This document shows positions 39,694-53,900 of a DNA stretch of 64,000 bases, piece by piece. The DNA is from Paraspadella gotoi (Eukaryota > Animalia > Chaetognatha), in assembly GCA_051294375.1 (NCBI GenBank), contig CM119266.1, forward strand, positions 5,693,053-5,757,052, given 5' to 3'. Made by a program: the position numbers and the translations under genes. Position 1 is the first letter of the stretch. Every line of letters starts with the position of its first letter. The notes below the pieces were generated by a model. It worked only from the letters and a program-made list of their open reading frames with translations, was not told the origin of the DNA and searched no databases.

Positions 39694-39696
39694 GGA
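39694..39696 (+). CDS. SOWAH: Candidate 3-nt microexon GGA (Gly) of the SOWAH gene; on + only because block 37613-40292 is inverted
   Basis: aatgCAG|GGA|GTAAGT with ~120 nt upstream free of AG and a long pyrimidine tract. In the colinear second copy it is on the minus strand at 63643-63645, upstream of the TAC microexon. A third copy is at 40561-40563 (-). Confidence 0.7.
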
Positions 39697-40231
39697 GTAA
39701 GTATTTCATTTTTTTTTTCTTTTAACAAAATTTTGTGCGTGATCTGTCGTTTTTTCCGGCAATACTAATAAACGTTGCTTTCTTGCCATCGCTGCCTAAT
39801 TTATTATAATACGAAAGACGTGCATTCAATGAAGTTTTTAGTATTCCACTGTTTACGCCCTAAAAAGAGGGCCGAAGTTTTGAACAAGTAAGATTTTACA
39901 TTTCAACAACTCGATTCTCCCCCTCCTCACCATCTCCCTTCACCCTCCCGCCGCCTTCCCCCCCTCGCACATTCCAACATGCGTGTCTTAGGTTCTTAGG
40001 GGAAAAAAAGCCAGAGTAATCGATTTGAGTCGATACAAAAAGTTAGAGAAAAGGAGAGAGAGAAGAGAGAGAAGGAGAGAGAGAAGACGAGAGAGAGAGA
40101 GAGAGAGGAAAGATAAAGGAAAAGGAAAGGCACGCGAATCGCCGTCGGAGCGCAAGGAGCCGCGCCGGAAATTAACTCGTGCCCTTTAAGAGGGGAGGCT
40201 CAAACGTTCCCCCCCCTTTCATATCGGTTGA

Positions 40232-40262
<31 letters not shown>

Positions 40263-40317
40263 CTTCTTTCTCCTATCCCTTCTTCAAGAGACNNNNNNNN
40301 NNNNNNNNNNNNNNNNN

Positions 40318-40893
40318 GAGGGTGAAGGGAGATGGTGAGAGGGGGAGAATCGAGTTGTTGAAATGTAAATCTTACTTGTTCAAAACTTCGCGCCTCTTTT
40401 TAGGGGTAAACAGTGGAATACTAAAACTTCATTGAATGCACGTCTTTCGTATTATAATAAATTAGCAGCGATGGCAGAAAGCAACGTTTATTAGTATTGC
40501 CAAAAAACGACAGAATCACGCACAAATTTTGTTAAAAGAAAAAAAAATGAAAATACTTACTCCCTGCATTGAGATTCCAATGATGAACGGTGGCCAACGG
40601 AGACCCAAAAATATCCAGGTTGGTGGGAAGGGAAAAGAAAAAAAAAGGAGGTGGGAGAGAAAAAAGCAAAAATTTAATAACCTTGAACAACCAATAACAT
40701 TCATCTTAATCTCTGCAAAATCGATCTCGCATCCTTGTCACGACGCTGTTTACACGTTTCTACATGATCCCCCCAGTCGGTGAATAATCATTCATCAGCG
40801 TCAGAACACACAACACAAAGCCGCGAAAAAAAAAGAAAAGAAAATTCAGAAGTTATTTGAATATTCCCGATTTTTTCTTCTTTTTTTTTTTTT
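40318..40893 (-). repeat. Gap-bounded third copy (reverse complement) of ~39350-39947
   Basis: Sequence match, flanked by 25-N gaps at 40293-40317 and 40894-40918. Confidence 0.92.
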
Positions 40894-40918
40894 NNNNNNN
40901 NNNNNNNNNNNNNNNNNN

Positions 40919-43900
40919 AAACAAAAAACAGACCCCAAAAAAAAGTGAAAAAGCCGGTTCTCTCCTATCCCTTCTCCCCCCCCCCGCCGCCGTTCTTAAG
41001 ATAATAAAATTAAACGAATCTTTGTAAGAAAAAACAGCGTTCGCAATGGAAAGAGCCAAGCAGAGCAAGCAGGAGGACGGAAGGAGGAAAGGGGGCAACG
41101 AAAACTCATTCAATGCGTGTAACCTTTTTTTCCTCGTGAAGACAAATTAGATTTTGATAGGAAATAGGAAGAGGAGGAAGGAGGAAGGGAGGAGTTAAGA
41201 GTCATTTTTGAAAAAAAAAACAAGTATCGGCCCAAATAAGACTATGTTCATCTCAGCTTTTTGCGAACAGCTATTTTGGTCGCCCTATACGAATAGATAC
41301 AGATATAATGTATACATTTATTCATAATCGAAGCTTATTTAATAATCTGCGACCAAAGGTTCCGATATTTTGCTAGCTGGATTTGTCTTCAAAATTGCTA
41401 ATTAACTTATCACCACAGAATTAATTGTTGATGTGGTGTGCTACCAGTATTTTCTCTCCTAAAATTGAATATTCATCAATTAATGCAGTTAGCGTAAATT
41501 ATTAAAAATGAAAATTACAACAATTTTACTTTTAGTAAAACTTCCTTATTCCTACCCTAAGCCTATTTGGAAAATTGCACCATCTATTGTAAAATTTTTT
41601 ATATCACGAACGTTTCTTTTATTTGAACAAATCAATGTAAATAATTTCATTATAATAAGTAAAATGTAGAAAGATTGAGACACAAAGTCAACGAGCAACA
41701 GTGATAATTTATTTTAAATAGTCAACAGCATGAGTTTCTATGACCAGAACATTTTTTAAAATTAATTATACACACAATCTAACTTGCCATAAGCTTTCCG
41801 TAGTAATTTTGCATTCCACAGGAATTTTTTTTTAAATGTGCTCTAATTTTTTATTCCCTTTTGTAATGTTTAAATTATCATATTGTAATCTTAATATTGT
41901 ATAATTTTTCTTGTAAGTATTATTATATCATTACTGCTCATATTTAAATATTTCCACTGTATCTCTCTTTAAGATAAAAAACGAAGGGCGGGCTAAAGTG
42001 AGAATGAGTTTAGAAAAATTGAAATGGGCTCGTATGCAAAGAATATCTGGCATTTCGCCCAGATGCAAAGACATTCTGGCGACGCAAGCATGCTCTCCAA
42101 AGTGTTCGTTCCTGACGACCCAAGTCCACATACACGGCGACCAAAAAAAAAGGTCATAATGGCAGCATGAAATTGGCCATTAAACAAAGAGCAAACTAGG
42201 CGTGAAAAAAAGCGTGAAAAAAGGTTAATTATTTTCCATCATGAAACAGACTAAAACTGCGTCCTAAAATAGCTATGATTTTAATTTTAAAATAACTCAA
42301 GATTAAAAAAACAAACTTTTTAAAGCATCTGAAGCATTAAAAATTAGTTATTTTCAGAAATATTAAGGCAAATAGTATCATGCATTAAGTTTGCAATACT
42401 TAAAGAGTAATTTCAATGAGCTTATGAGGAAAATTAACTATTATAAAAACAAACATTTAACTTAGCTAGATATTCACAACCGACAAGGCTTTTTTGAATT
42501 TTTTATAACCAAATGGTGAAACAAATGACAAAGGGGGAAATGTTTTGGGGTCAGTTTCTTATACACTTGGGTGAACTTGTGAAAGGTTTTAAAATTTAAT
42601 GTTCTCGGAGCCAAAACATCTTCCCAAATAAAGCAGGTTGGGTTTTGAATAAAACAATCACAATTTAACTAAGGGAAAAAAAAAATTATAGGTTGCGATT
42701 TAAAACAAAAAGCACAGCGATTGACAGATGGGAGGCAATGGTTGTCACGAAATGAAACAAAGTGTGCTTAGGCCAACGAATCACCCTGGGGGCTAAAGGC
42801 AAGGCTTAGTAGATGGAAGCTGAGAGTCGCTTGCCTATCAAGCAAGGGCTTGACGCTTTCCTGATCAGTACCAGGAGAAATAGAGAACAGCTTGAAAAAA
42901 AACAGCTTACGGAAATGAAAGAAAGAAACATATGAGCGTAATCTGGCACGGAGAGTGCAACTGACTAGAAAGAGTTATAGTAATAAAGTATTTATAAGTA
43001 GGTCCTTGAATTTTTAAACTGTGCCCCCATCACCGTCTGGGATTATGTATGTATTCTTGGCGAAAAAAATTCATACGACCGTGATTAAACCTCCAATCAC
43101 GAACCCTGAGATTTATTGAAAAGTTTTTATAAGAGACTTTTATGAAAATTAAAAGTAATACTTACCAGGAAGGATTCTTTTATTAGGAAAATAAATCAAA
43201 TTATCCCTTTTGAGAGGATTTAATTCGGTTTTACATGGGATTGCCCAGCATTGCACTAATGCTGATAAACAGTATTACAAACTTGAAACCCACCACTCAG
43301 ACCACTAATCTAATTAAAATTAGTGCATTGTCAACCAGTTAAACTACCTTCCAAACGTCCACTTAGACAAACTGTTTTCTAAATTTCCCAGCAACAAAAA
43401 AAAAAAAAAAGATTTTTCCCGCAAGAGATTCTCTCTCTCTTTCCTCACACATAAGTTGACCTGCGTGGTTTTTCGGAGGTTTTCTCCCCCTCCCCCGCCG
43501 AGAGGGGACCCGAAGGAAAAGCGGCAGGAGATTGTTTGGTTTGCCCAGGGGCGGGGCGTTGGGTGAGAGTGGGGCTGCCGGGGAAGGGCGGGGCGTCTTG
43601 GGTAATGGGGTCCGCGGTAGGGCCTGCAAGGGCAGGAGGAAACCCGCATTGCACGGGGAAGCTGACCCGCAAATAACGGAATTCTACGTTGGCGCGAAGC
43701 TTGGCCGCTGCGGACAAGAGGTTCGAGTTTTGGCCGTTGAAGAGAATCTGCACGGTGTTCTTAACGTACTGCTTGGACGTTTGCCACTGTTGGTCACGGA
43801 TGTTGGCGTGGCGCCTGGGGAACGGGGGGGGGTTGGGAAATGGTGTGAAAAATTTAAAAAGGATTGAGGATATTACTTAATATATGTGGTTTTAGGTATT

Positions 43901-44953
43901 AAATAATTATAAGCTATATAATGCAGAAAGAAGAGGTTTCTGCTCTTGAAAAAACATTGAATAAAGTCAGTTTTTACAATATTTAAGAAGTCTTTCTTAG
44001 GTTAAGGTTGCATTCCATTATCATCGTGGTTTGTTAAACCTTGAAAAAGCTTTTAAGGAATGTTTCCTTTCCAAGCTTTTGAATGCCAAACAAAAATGCA
44101 AAGCATCCGGAAATCACAGGCGATATGTAAACAGTAAAAACCCTTTTTTCGTAACATAACCGCCTCTGACTGCATCATCGATTTCCGATTTCAGTTCTTC
44201 TAACAGAAAAAAACGAAAACAAAATTTTGAATGTTAGCGAGACAGCTCAAAATATTCGGTTTCCTTCAACGCCCAGTCACCTCTTTATCTTTCAGGCCAC
44301 CCAACAAGATCATATTATCTCGCTATCCCTTCCTCTCTTTTTGGGACTCATCTCCATTTTCCAAAAAACAATCGCAATCACATCCACCCTAACCTCGGGC
44401 ACCCTCACCGGCCCACATTAATTCACCAATAACTCGCCCATTTCACTTTTCCCTCCTCAACCCCCTTCTTCCTCCCTCTCTCCATCTTTTCAAAAGTCCA
44501 TTGAAGTCAGAAAAAGAAAAAGCGAATCTGGTCGAGTCATTCTACATCCTGTCTGGACATCAGAACAACAGATTCGCAAGATCAAAGGCGATTCCTAATG
44601 CACGACGTCGCTTTACGAGAAAAAGCCTAAACCGATGCGAAATGGAAAATTGACTGCGCGGGTTTGAAGGCTGACACGGACGGCAAATTGAAAATTGACA
44701 CGTTGCGGGAGGGGGGGTAGGGTTAGGTTGGAGTGTTAGTGTGCGACGGTCGAACGCCAAAAATTCCAGCACAATCCTCTCTCTTTGCTTTTGATCGACT
44801 AATTTTTTTAATGTAAAAATAGAAAAAAGATCAAGGGTAATATTTCGTCGCCGTTGTTTACATTGTAAACCGTATAACACTAATTATGCCACTCAACGTT
44901 TAAAAAAATATGTTCAAATTGTAAAGAGGCCGATTAAATAGCAAACACACTCT

Positions 44954-44991
<38 letters not shown>

Positions 44992-47900
44992 TTTTTTTCG
45001 GCTTCTCTGTGAGGACTGGAGTCCTCTTCTCCCCGCCATTTTGGGCGTCTGGCTCGTTGAGTCAAGTAATCTTGTTCATGGCGTGCTTGAAAAACTTAAA
45101 GCGTTTCAACACCTAAGCGATCATTTCGGACTCTCGTCTCTCTCTCTCTCTCTCTCTCTCTCCGAATGTCATCCAGAGAACTGCCACAAAGAGGAGCCTT
45201 TAAGTCGGAGCCGAAAGCGAAGGCCAGGCCTAGGAGAGGCGGGATCCGATGCTTCGCAAAATGGATTTTTTTACAAGGATTATGGAGTTAAAGATTCAGA
45301 GTTAAACCATTTTCTGAATAAAAAGACATTGGAATTTATAACACGGCATCGAGAGCAGAGCTAGATATACGCATTAATCTCATACTTAATCTCATACTTC
45401 ATCCCTATCCTAATAGCCTCAATCTAAAATATTATCAAGCGACAGGTAGTACGCTCATTAAAAATTCTGACTCACCATAGGCCTCTTCAAGAATGTTTCA
45501 TGATTTCATTGATGTTCCCGTGTGCATCGCGGCCAGGTGCAAAAGCTGTGTAACCCTTGAAGAGGGAAAAAAGAACAAAATGAAAAAGAAGCGAAATTTG
45601 TAGCGATATGAAATTAATTAACAGTAGGCATCCGCATCAAGAACTTCTGAGACGGCAAGCCTCTGTAACTGCGAATACAAATGATAATTTGAAAGCGAGT
45701 TTTTTCTTGTGAAGCCTTCGTTAAGCCATTGCTTCAGCACCACTTTCGGGACATAAACCTTTTTGCTAAAAAGTTATTCAGCCACAATTGAAACCTGAAA
45801 ACCTTTTCTTACACGTTTGAAGTCCGGCACGTTAAGAGCTCGGCCAAAATGGATTTTCAGAGAAAAATTTTCGTTCAAATTAAATTAGGATCTTACTGAC
45901 CAATAAATGCTAGTATTGGTGAAATTTTAAGACAATGATTTAGAAAAAGGACGTAAATAACTACTTTTTATACAATGAGTTTGTAATTAAGCTAATGATA
46001 GATTTATTAGATATACATAGTCCCCCTCACGCGACATATATTATCGTGGTCTCTACAAGACGCCCGTTTAACCCAATCGGGGAGGACGGAGAATAATACA
46101 TCAACGAGAGAGAGAATTTTCATTGCTGCTGCGCAATTGGAAAAGAAGATAAAGAGAGAGCGGCCGCGGCGTCGACGCGTCAGCCTTACGGCAGCGGCGG
46201 CGGGGCGGGGTCCATTTTTCCATTCTAACATTATTTTTCCAGTGGCTGGACACATGTCGCGATATTAGATATTCACAGCTCTGCGGGACATATGATCACG
46301 AGATTTACGATGTGCGTACGATTAAATCGACCGGAAGGGGGCGCTTGGCGTCGATGAGTTCTATTTTTAGCTCACGTCTTTTCTCTGTCTCCGCCCGTGT
46401 TGTAACGACAGAGAATGTAAAGAGCGAATAGAAATCTGAACGAGAAAAAACCTTGACCTTCGACGTCGTTTATTTTCTAACTAGAACTTTTCGCTTTCTC
46501 ACCCGTTTCGCGACCTTCGGGCCAAGCGCGAACAGCAGAGAAGGAGAGACGAGAGGACAATGCATTCATCTTCTCATCTTCATGTAGAAAATGGTTAATA
46601 GAGAAAACGAGTGGTGGATGATGTGCGCGCGACGGTAGAGAGAGCGAGAGAGACATGAAAAATGAGGGAGAGGACTTAACCTGTTTAAAAAATGTATGAA
46701 GAGAGTTTAACAAGGTTTCAAGTAGTTTGATTCTAACAAGGAAGGCGTTTTCTTGGATGAAAGCACCGCGGTCTGCCTTCCAATTAGGAAATTTTAAAAG
46801 ATGCGGTCACCGAGAAGAGTGTGTAGCTATGCGTTACAACGAAACTACCCAGCGGACGTGAGAAAAAGGTGTTAGATAATAATAGAAATTAAAAAATATA
46901 AATAAGAATATGAATAATAGAAAAGAATAAATTCCCATTAATATCCCTACTAATGTAAATAAATGAAATCTCTAAATTTCAAATCTAAACATACTTTTCA
47001 CAAAAGACAGAGACCGATCAATTGCAGAAAATGAGACATTTTTTAATTGTAAGCCCCCTGCACAGGAGAGAGAGAGGAGAGACGAAGACGAGAGAGGAGA
47101 GGAGAGAGATGAGAGAGAGAGAGAGACGAGAGAGAGAGACGATCGAGAGAGAGCAGAGATAGGACCATTAAAAAAGCGAGTTCGAAACGTCGCCAAAAAA
47201 AACTCCGATTAAGGACGACGTCATCTGCATTGCGATTTCCTTCTCCAAAAAACCATTTATTCCAAATTCAAAAATTATCTCGCTCTCGCTTTTCTCTTTC
47301 TCTTCTCCGACGCGAAGGGAATCCTCTCTTAAAATTTACCGACGCTCATAAAACGGCGAGAGAGAGAGACAAATGGAACCGGCGCGTTGAGAATTTAAAC
47401 ACGACCGAATTCGGATGAGAATGGATTTCAATGTACTTTACGACGGGACTGTATTTTAAGATTGTTGGAGCTAAATTGATAATTAAATGCAGGATTAAAG
47501 TTACAGCTTGCATGTCTTGTCATGAGTGATTTGAAGGCCTTAACCCATCATAGCCTGTCCAAGTAAGGCGTCGAGCAGAGATAAGCTTAATTTTAAAATT
47601 GAATAATTAATTATAATTAATAATTAAAATAATTAATTTTTAAAAGAATATAATAATCATTAACACACCCCGCTATACTTGCGGCCCCCTCCGCCATTAA
47701 TATTTTATTCCAATACAACTTGATGTATTTCCGCTTTTTCCGGTTGCAATACATCGCAATCGCGAGGAAAGTCGGGCAATTGTAAAGGGGTCGCTTACAT
47801 TCTTGATTGAAGAAAACGATTCATCTTTTTTTTAGCAAAGCCAAGGATGTGAATTTGGCTGTGGGCGGCGGCTTAGAGGGTGGTTTATTCGCAGGGCGAA

Positions 47901-50900
47901 ACTTTACACACAACTTTACCACCGACGGTGAATGCAGGAATTCGATGTGAAAAAAAAGAAATCGAGAAAAAAATTGTTCTTGATTATTAAGGCGATGGGG
48001 AGACGAGAGAGAGAGAATATTTGAGATGGAATGAAAATGGAATCGGAGAATTGGAATGCGAGGTATAATGTCCTGCCCAAATACAACGAGTTCTCTTTTT
48101 ATGCGTACACACGAAAAAAAAAAGATTTTGGTGAACGAAATAAAATAAAAAATCTTTGTAGCTATGAAGTTAGATAGGAACTCGAGTTGGAGAAGGTGAA
48201 AGAATTGAAATTCTAAACACATGTCAAAGAATATTTAAAAATTATTATCAAAATTTAAAAGAAAATGGAGACGATGATGTAAAACAGTATGAGAGTAAGA
48301 ATATAACTTGCAAAATAAGGAAAATTAACCAGAAGAAGAAAGTTAAATAAAATTGACAAGCCCTGTTGGAACATAACAAAAATAAAAAAAATTAAGAAAA
48401 AGTGACCAGAAAGACACACACACATACACTCAGACTCGTCTCTCTCTCTTCTTTCTCTCACGTCGGGACAAGACAGAGAATTCTGATCTCAACATGAATA
48501 ATAAGGAAAGAGAAATCTAATGCGATATCGGGTTATGACGAGAGAGGAAAAAGAAAGAGAAAAAAGAGAAGAGATGCGAGGAAAAGAGGAGAGTCAGGAA
48601 TTGCCGTCGTTCATCGTGTATGGTGTGTATTGTTGATCGGTGGCGGGTATAGTGGTTAGTTGAGGGGCTGAAAAAGAAACCTCTCTCACGAGAGAGAAAG
48701 GCGAGTCTCACGCACACTAAGGGCGACGTCAAAAGTGGAATTCGTCGCCGTAAGGATGAATTATGTTAGGACAGGACCCTGGCTTCGCCTCGGGGTCCTT
48801 TTGTTGCCCCCTTCACCGGCCCCGTATTTTCCCGCGGGGCGGCGACTCCTTCCCGCGGGGTTCCCTCTTAGAGACCCAACGGCGAGAGACCTCTTGGCAA
48901 AAACTCGTTACATCATGTCGGTAGGCGCTTAGGGAATGATAAAACACCGTGAACGTGGGGGAGTCTTAGGATCAGTGCGGCGTGCGATAATTGGAAACAT
49001 GCTTAAATTGAATTATATAAAGATGTAAAATTAGAACTAAAAACTATTTCTCCACTCCATCAGCGATGGTGTTTATCTAAATTGATACAAGTTAAGCGAA
49101 AATTTAAAAAAATACTACCCCATTCTGGACATGAGCACATAAGAAGGGAAAGGGGGAAAAGAAAATTTATTTAGTTGACGCTAAACATATATCATATTTT
49201 TCAGGAACAAAAAAACCATTATTAATTTTTTTAAGATTAATATCATTTGGCAAAATTTCTATTTTTAATCAGTGAAGAAGAAAATTTGGACGCTCGTGAC
49301 AAATACTAATTAATGACGATTATATACAAATTACAAAAGGGTTGTTTCCGATCTCCAGATTAACTAGTTTACAAGTTTTATGTTATATTTCTTCTTTATT
49401 TGATTGGGACATTGCCCTCTCCATCTCCCTTTCAAAATAAGATTTCCAAGACCAACGGAAACCCAAGGTTCCGAAAGCAAAAATCCCGCCGCGGGAAACC
49501 AGAAAACCCAATAACTCGCCAAATTCGGCTAAAACAAACAAATACACGAAAAATATGGAGGAAAGATAAAGAATTCTGTAAAAAAATGCGAAAGAAAAAG
49601 GAAAATAAAAAACAAAGCCTCGTGTATATGGAGAGAGAAAGAAGCAAAGACGAAAAAAGAAGAAGCTATTCCCTTATTCCCAATTCAATCTCTTTCTCTA
49701 CGCGACCGTCGACACTTCTAGATGGCCGTTGCGTCGTTGTTCCATTACGCGGCCAGCGACGACGACGACCGGGCTATATGCGGAGGGGGACGCGTGTTCT
49801 AGATTGTACCGCCGGCTGATAGAATTAGAAATCAAAACTTGTTTCAACGCGGAGCGGAAGAGGAGGGGGGAGGAGGCAGTGACGCGGCTTGCAACTAGTG
49901 GCACGGGAGGAGCGAAGAGGAGGACGACCGGACGGCAGCTCTTCTTCTTTGCTTCCGTGCAGCGAGGAGGAGAAAAGCAGAGAAAGAAAAAAACCCCAAC
50001 GCGGACTGAGGAGAATGGAGAGAGAGAGAAGAGAAAAAGAGCAGAGAGACGCCATCTTCTGCTGGCCACTTTTTTCTCTCTGTGCCGGCAAGACCAACAA
50101 CAGCGCTGCTGCCTTCTTTCTTTTTCTCTCCTATCTCTCTCTCTCTTCTCTCTCTCCCCACAAAGCGCTTGCTCGCAACGACTAGTGTTTCAACCAATTA
50201 TTTCCTGTGTCAACAAATTGCACAACAGCAACAATGATGCCGCTGCCGCGCCTCCAGATTGAGCGTCCTTCTCTCTTATGGCCGAGGGGGCGAGAAGGGG
50301 GGGTGGCGAGCGAGAACGCGGCGTCCGCCCCAGGGGAAGAGCGAGAGATGGGGGGAGGCGGGATTTGGCGCGACGTTCGCAGGGGCGGCCGACGCCCGCA
50401 CAGACTCATTCTCCGGCGACGATTCATGCCGAGTAATACTGTGGGCGGCGGCGCGGCGCCTGGGAGGTAGCGGCGTCGGCGGTCGTCGTCGGGAAATGAT
50501 GGAATCGTTTATACTCGGCGCGATGAATGGCCGATGAGGCGTCAACGCGTTCTCTTTCCGGGGGGGGGGAGAGAGCAGAGAGAAAGAGAGAGAGGAGAGG
50601 AGACCGGGAAACGTGTTGTCCTGAGATGGGAGACGGAAATCGAATTCTATTCTTCTGTGCGCATTTCTCTGATTATCTACCGACTATTTTATAGTGGGTA
50701 GAAAAGATCGAGGCGGAAAATAGATAAACATCTGAGATGAGTTGTATGGACAATAACACATTCACAAGCGATTTATTGTTAATCACTTGGTCTGACAAAA
50801 TTAACGACTTACCGATTTCATATTAATTAATATTTAAAAGAAAAGTTTACTCAATTGAAGATGCATTAAATTTCGTCACAAGGTATTTTGCAGTAATCAC

Positions 50901-53900
50901 GGTGATTAGCAAATTTACATGTGCGTAAAATATCAAACTAAATAATGAATATGTAAAAATAAATGGTGATAAACATACCGTACTAAAATGACTCCACAAT
51001 AGTAGGCCTTCGCTAAGTTAACAGCGCGCTCACTAACAAGTATAATACGCTATTATCATATCCTGTCCTCAGTTCAATATCAAGTCTAAGAAAAGACTGA
51101 AAAATCCAGAATTTTTCGAGAGATTTCCCAGAAATCTACAAACCCCCCCTCCCCACGATGCTCTAGACGGGAAACGGGGATAGAAAATGGAACAAAACAA
51201 GTCCTCCCCCGATCCTCTCACATCAACCCACCCCAATCATCTCTCTCCTTTCTGTCAGACAGGGAAATGAATTGCGATGAATAAATGAGAATGTTGCACT
51301 CCGGTTTTTAAAAGGGAGGCTGCATAATTATGCAATCCTCCACAACGCGTCAGAGTGATGTGTGGCTGTCATTAAGCGCTCTCGACGGCGGAGTCCGAAA
51401 TGAGGAGGAAGGGAAGAGGGCGGTGAATTGCCCCCCCCTCATTCAACCCACGGCTAGATTAATTGGAGAAGGGGTTACGCTGGTCGATCGGCGGAGGTAT
51501 TTAAATAAGTTTTTTTGTTGTTGTTTAGGAGGGAAACAATTACAATTTTTTATACCTTATGATTACGATATGGTCTCAAAATAAATTTGAGTAGTTTAGA
51601 TTCTTTAGGTTCGAAACGGGTCAGGGTGGGAAAGGAATCGTCATTCAAGATTTTTTTGAAACGGGCAAGCGCCACAAGAACTTTAGTTGTCAGCTAATGC
51701 GCGACAATAAGAAAACTGCATTGACGCAATATTAAATATTTTTTATATTATAGTAAATTCTAGTAAATAGTTCAAATATATATACTTTAAACCAAACAAT
51801 ATTTTCGCAATGAACAAAATGCGCTCGTTTTTGTCCCCTCGTCCATAAGAATAGACAAGTTTGTATATTTCATTGTCGAAATCCAAACTCAGAGGGTTTA
51901 AAATAACTTTTAACAGGGCCGAAGTTGTGTAACCCGGAACCCAGAATTGTAAAAATATAATTATAACAGAATAATATTTCACCAGATAAAATAATTCTAT
52001 AATATAATTAAATTATAAAATTATTTTAGTATTACAAAACCATTTGCAAGAATTTAACCTACATTAGAAGAGAGAAAAAAACAGAGAGAAAGAGAGAAAC
52101 CAGTGTTTTGGTTTGTGTGTGAGAGAGAGAGAGAGAGAGAGAAAGGATAGGAGGGTAGTCGTGGGATGGAGTGTGGGTAGGCGAGATTTGAGTTGGACTT
52201 AATTCTATTAGGATCCGATACGAGGCTCCATTCCGAGAGGTATCAATGGCAAAGGCAGCCGCCGTTTTGCGGACGCCGTCAAATCGTGAGAGAAGAATTG
52301 AATGGGGAATGCTGTGCGGAGAAGGTGGCGGGGAGTCAGTGGGGGAAGGGGGAATGCGGGGAATGGTTGGCGGGGAGTCAGTTGGGGGAAAGGGCGGAAG
52401 ACAGTTTGAGGAAGGGGTATGGAGGAAAAGAGAAGAAAAATGATTACCTACATCCCTTGTCTTCAACTCCTTTAAGTAAAGTGATGGGAGAAACAAGTAT
52501 AAATAGAGAGGAGTATGAGGAAAGAGATTGCGAGAAAAAGTAAAAATTATGATATGATAAAGAAATAGCAGGTTGTGTGGGAGCGACGGGGCGGAGCGGG
52601 ATTAATGGCGAAGAAAAGAAAAGAAAACTTGAGTCTCGAATGAAAATCTTAGTAAGATGAAAACAAATCCCAAACACATTTCAACCCGAATTCAGTGAGA
52701 AATGTCGAAATTAACCGAGGACCTTTGTGTCTCAATCTTTCCATATTTTATACATTCATGAATCAAAGAGGGACACGAGCGAGCATTTAAGGCTGTACAT
52801 TAATATTTTAGGATATAAAACTTATTGGTATTTTTAGAAAATAAACGCCAAATCGGAGTGTATAATAATAATTTTTAGAGTTGTACTTATGTAGTTGTAA
52901 AATTGTATGAAACATCTAAAATGCACTACCAAACTACAAATAAGTAAAAATATTTTATCGAGTACAAGTATTTGCTTCTTGGCCAAAATAAAAGAACCTT
53001 TTTAAAATAGTGTGAGGGAGATGGAAAGATTGAGTATTCCTTTCTATCTCTCTCTCTCTCTTTCTCTCCTTTTCCCCCCTATCTCTCGTAGTGCATCTGC
53101 TTTCTCCGAGAACTCTCGTCCGCCCTCGGCCGTCCCGTGCGTGAAAAACGTCAAAAAAGTATTTTGTGGCTCTCTCTCTCTCTCTCTCCTCTTTCTCTCT
53201 CTCTCTCTCTCTCGCATTGGCCCCGGCTTTCGCGCGTTTTCAGCCTCCGCCTATTCTTTTCAATCTTCGTCTTTTCCGATTTATGCCTGCGAGGAGCGGG
53301 CGTAACCGATGGTTACGAGCTTTGCGGTTAAACGAAAAACTTGACTTTGATGGTTGTGTCTTGTGTGTGTGTTCTTGCCCTCTCTCTCTCTCTCTCTTAA
53401 CTTCTCTCTCTCTAAGGCATATTTTCACGCGTATCTTCCTTCACGACATCGGGTGGAAAGAGACTTCGCCCATTTGACGTTTCACGTCTTCGTTAGGGAT
53501 TGAATAATTTTTCTCCTTCACGGGTGATGCATGTATTTAGAATTTTTGTTTCAATATTTCAACTTGAATTTTAGTACGCCATTATTGTTGCGAATGTTGT
53601 ACACAAAGTAGAATTACTAGGGTCATTTCAGAAAACAAAACCCCCTTATCACCAACCCCCGTTGGATGATGGGGGTTTCTATCCACAGGTAACACGCCAA
53701 AATTAATACGATGTCAATTCTACAGTAATAATATCAAAAACAGTCGAGTACAGTTTTATCTCTACAGGGTGATACTCACCGACTTGGCGTGACGTCGACT
53801 CCGCAGCCAGCGGACGAGGTTTTGACGACTTCGACCTCACCCGCCTTCGCTGCCCAGTGAAGCGCGGACTGAAGGTGTGGGGGTTAAGGGGTTTAGGGAG

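Noticed and set aside
43444-53870. Frameshifted SOWAH exons as a pseudogene paralogue
   Set aside because: Indel-dominated, evenly spread differences fit sequencing error in a redundant haplotype better than evolutionary decay.
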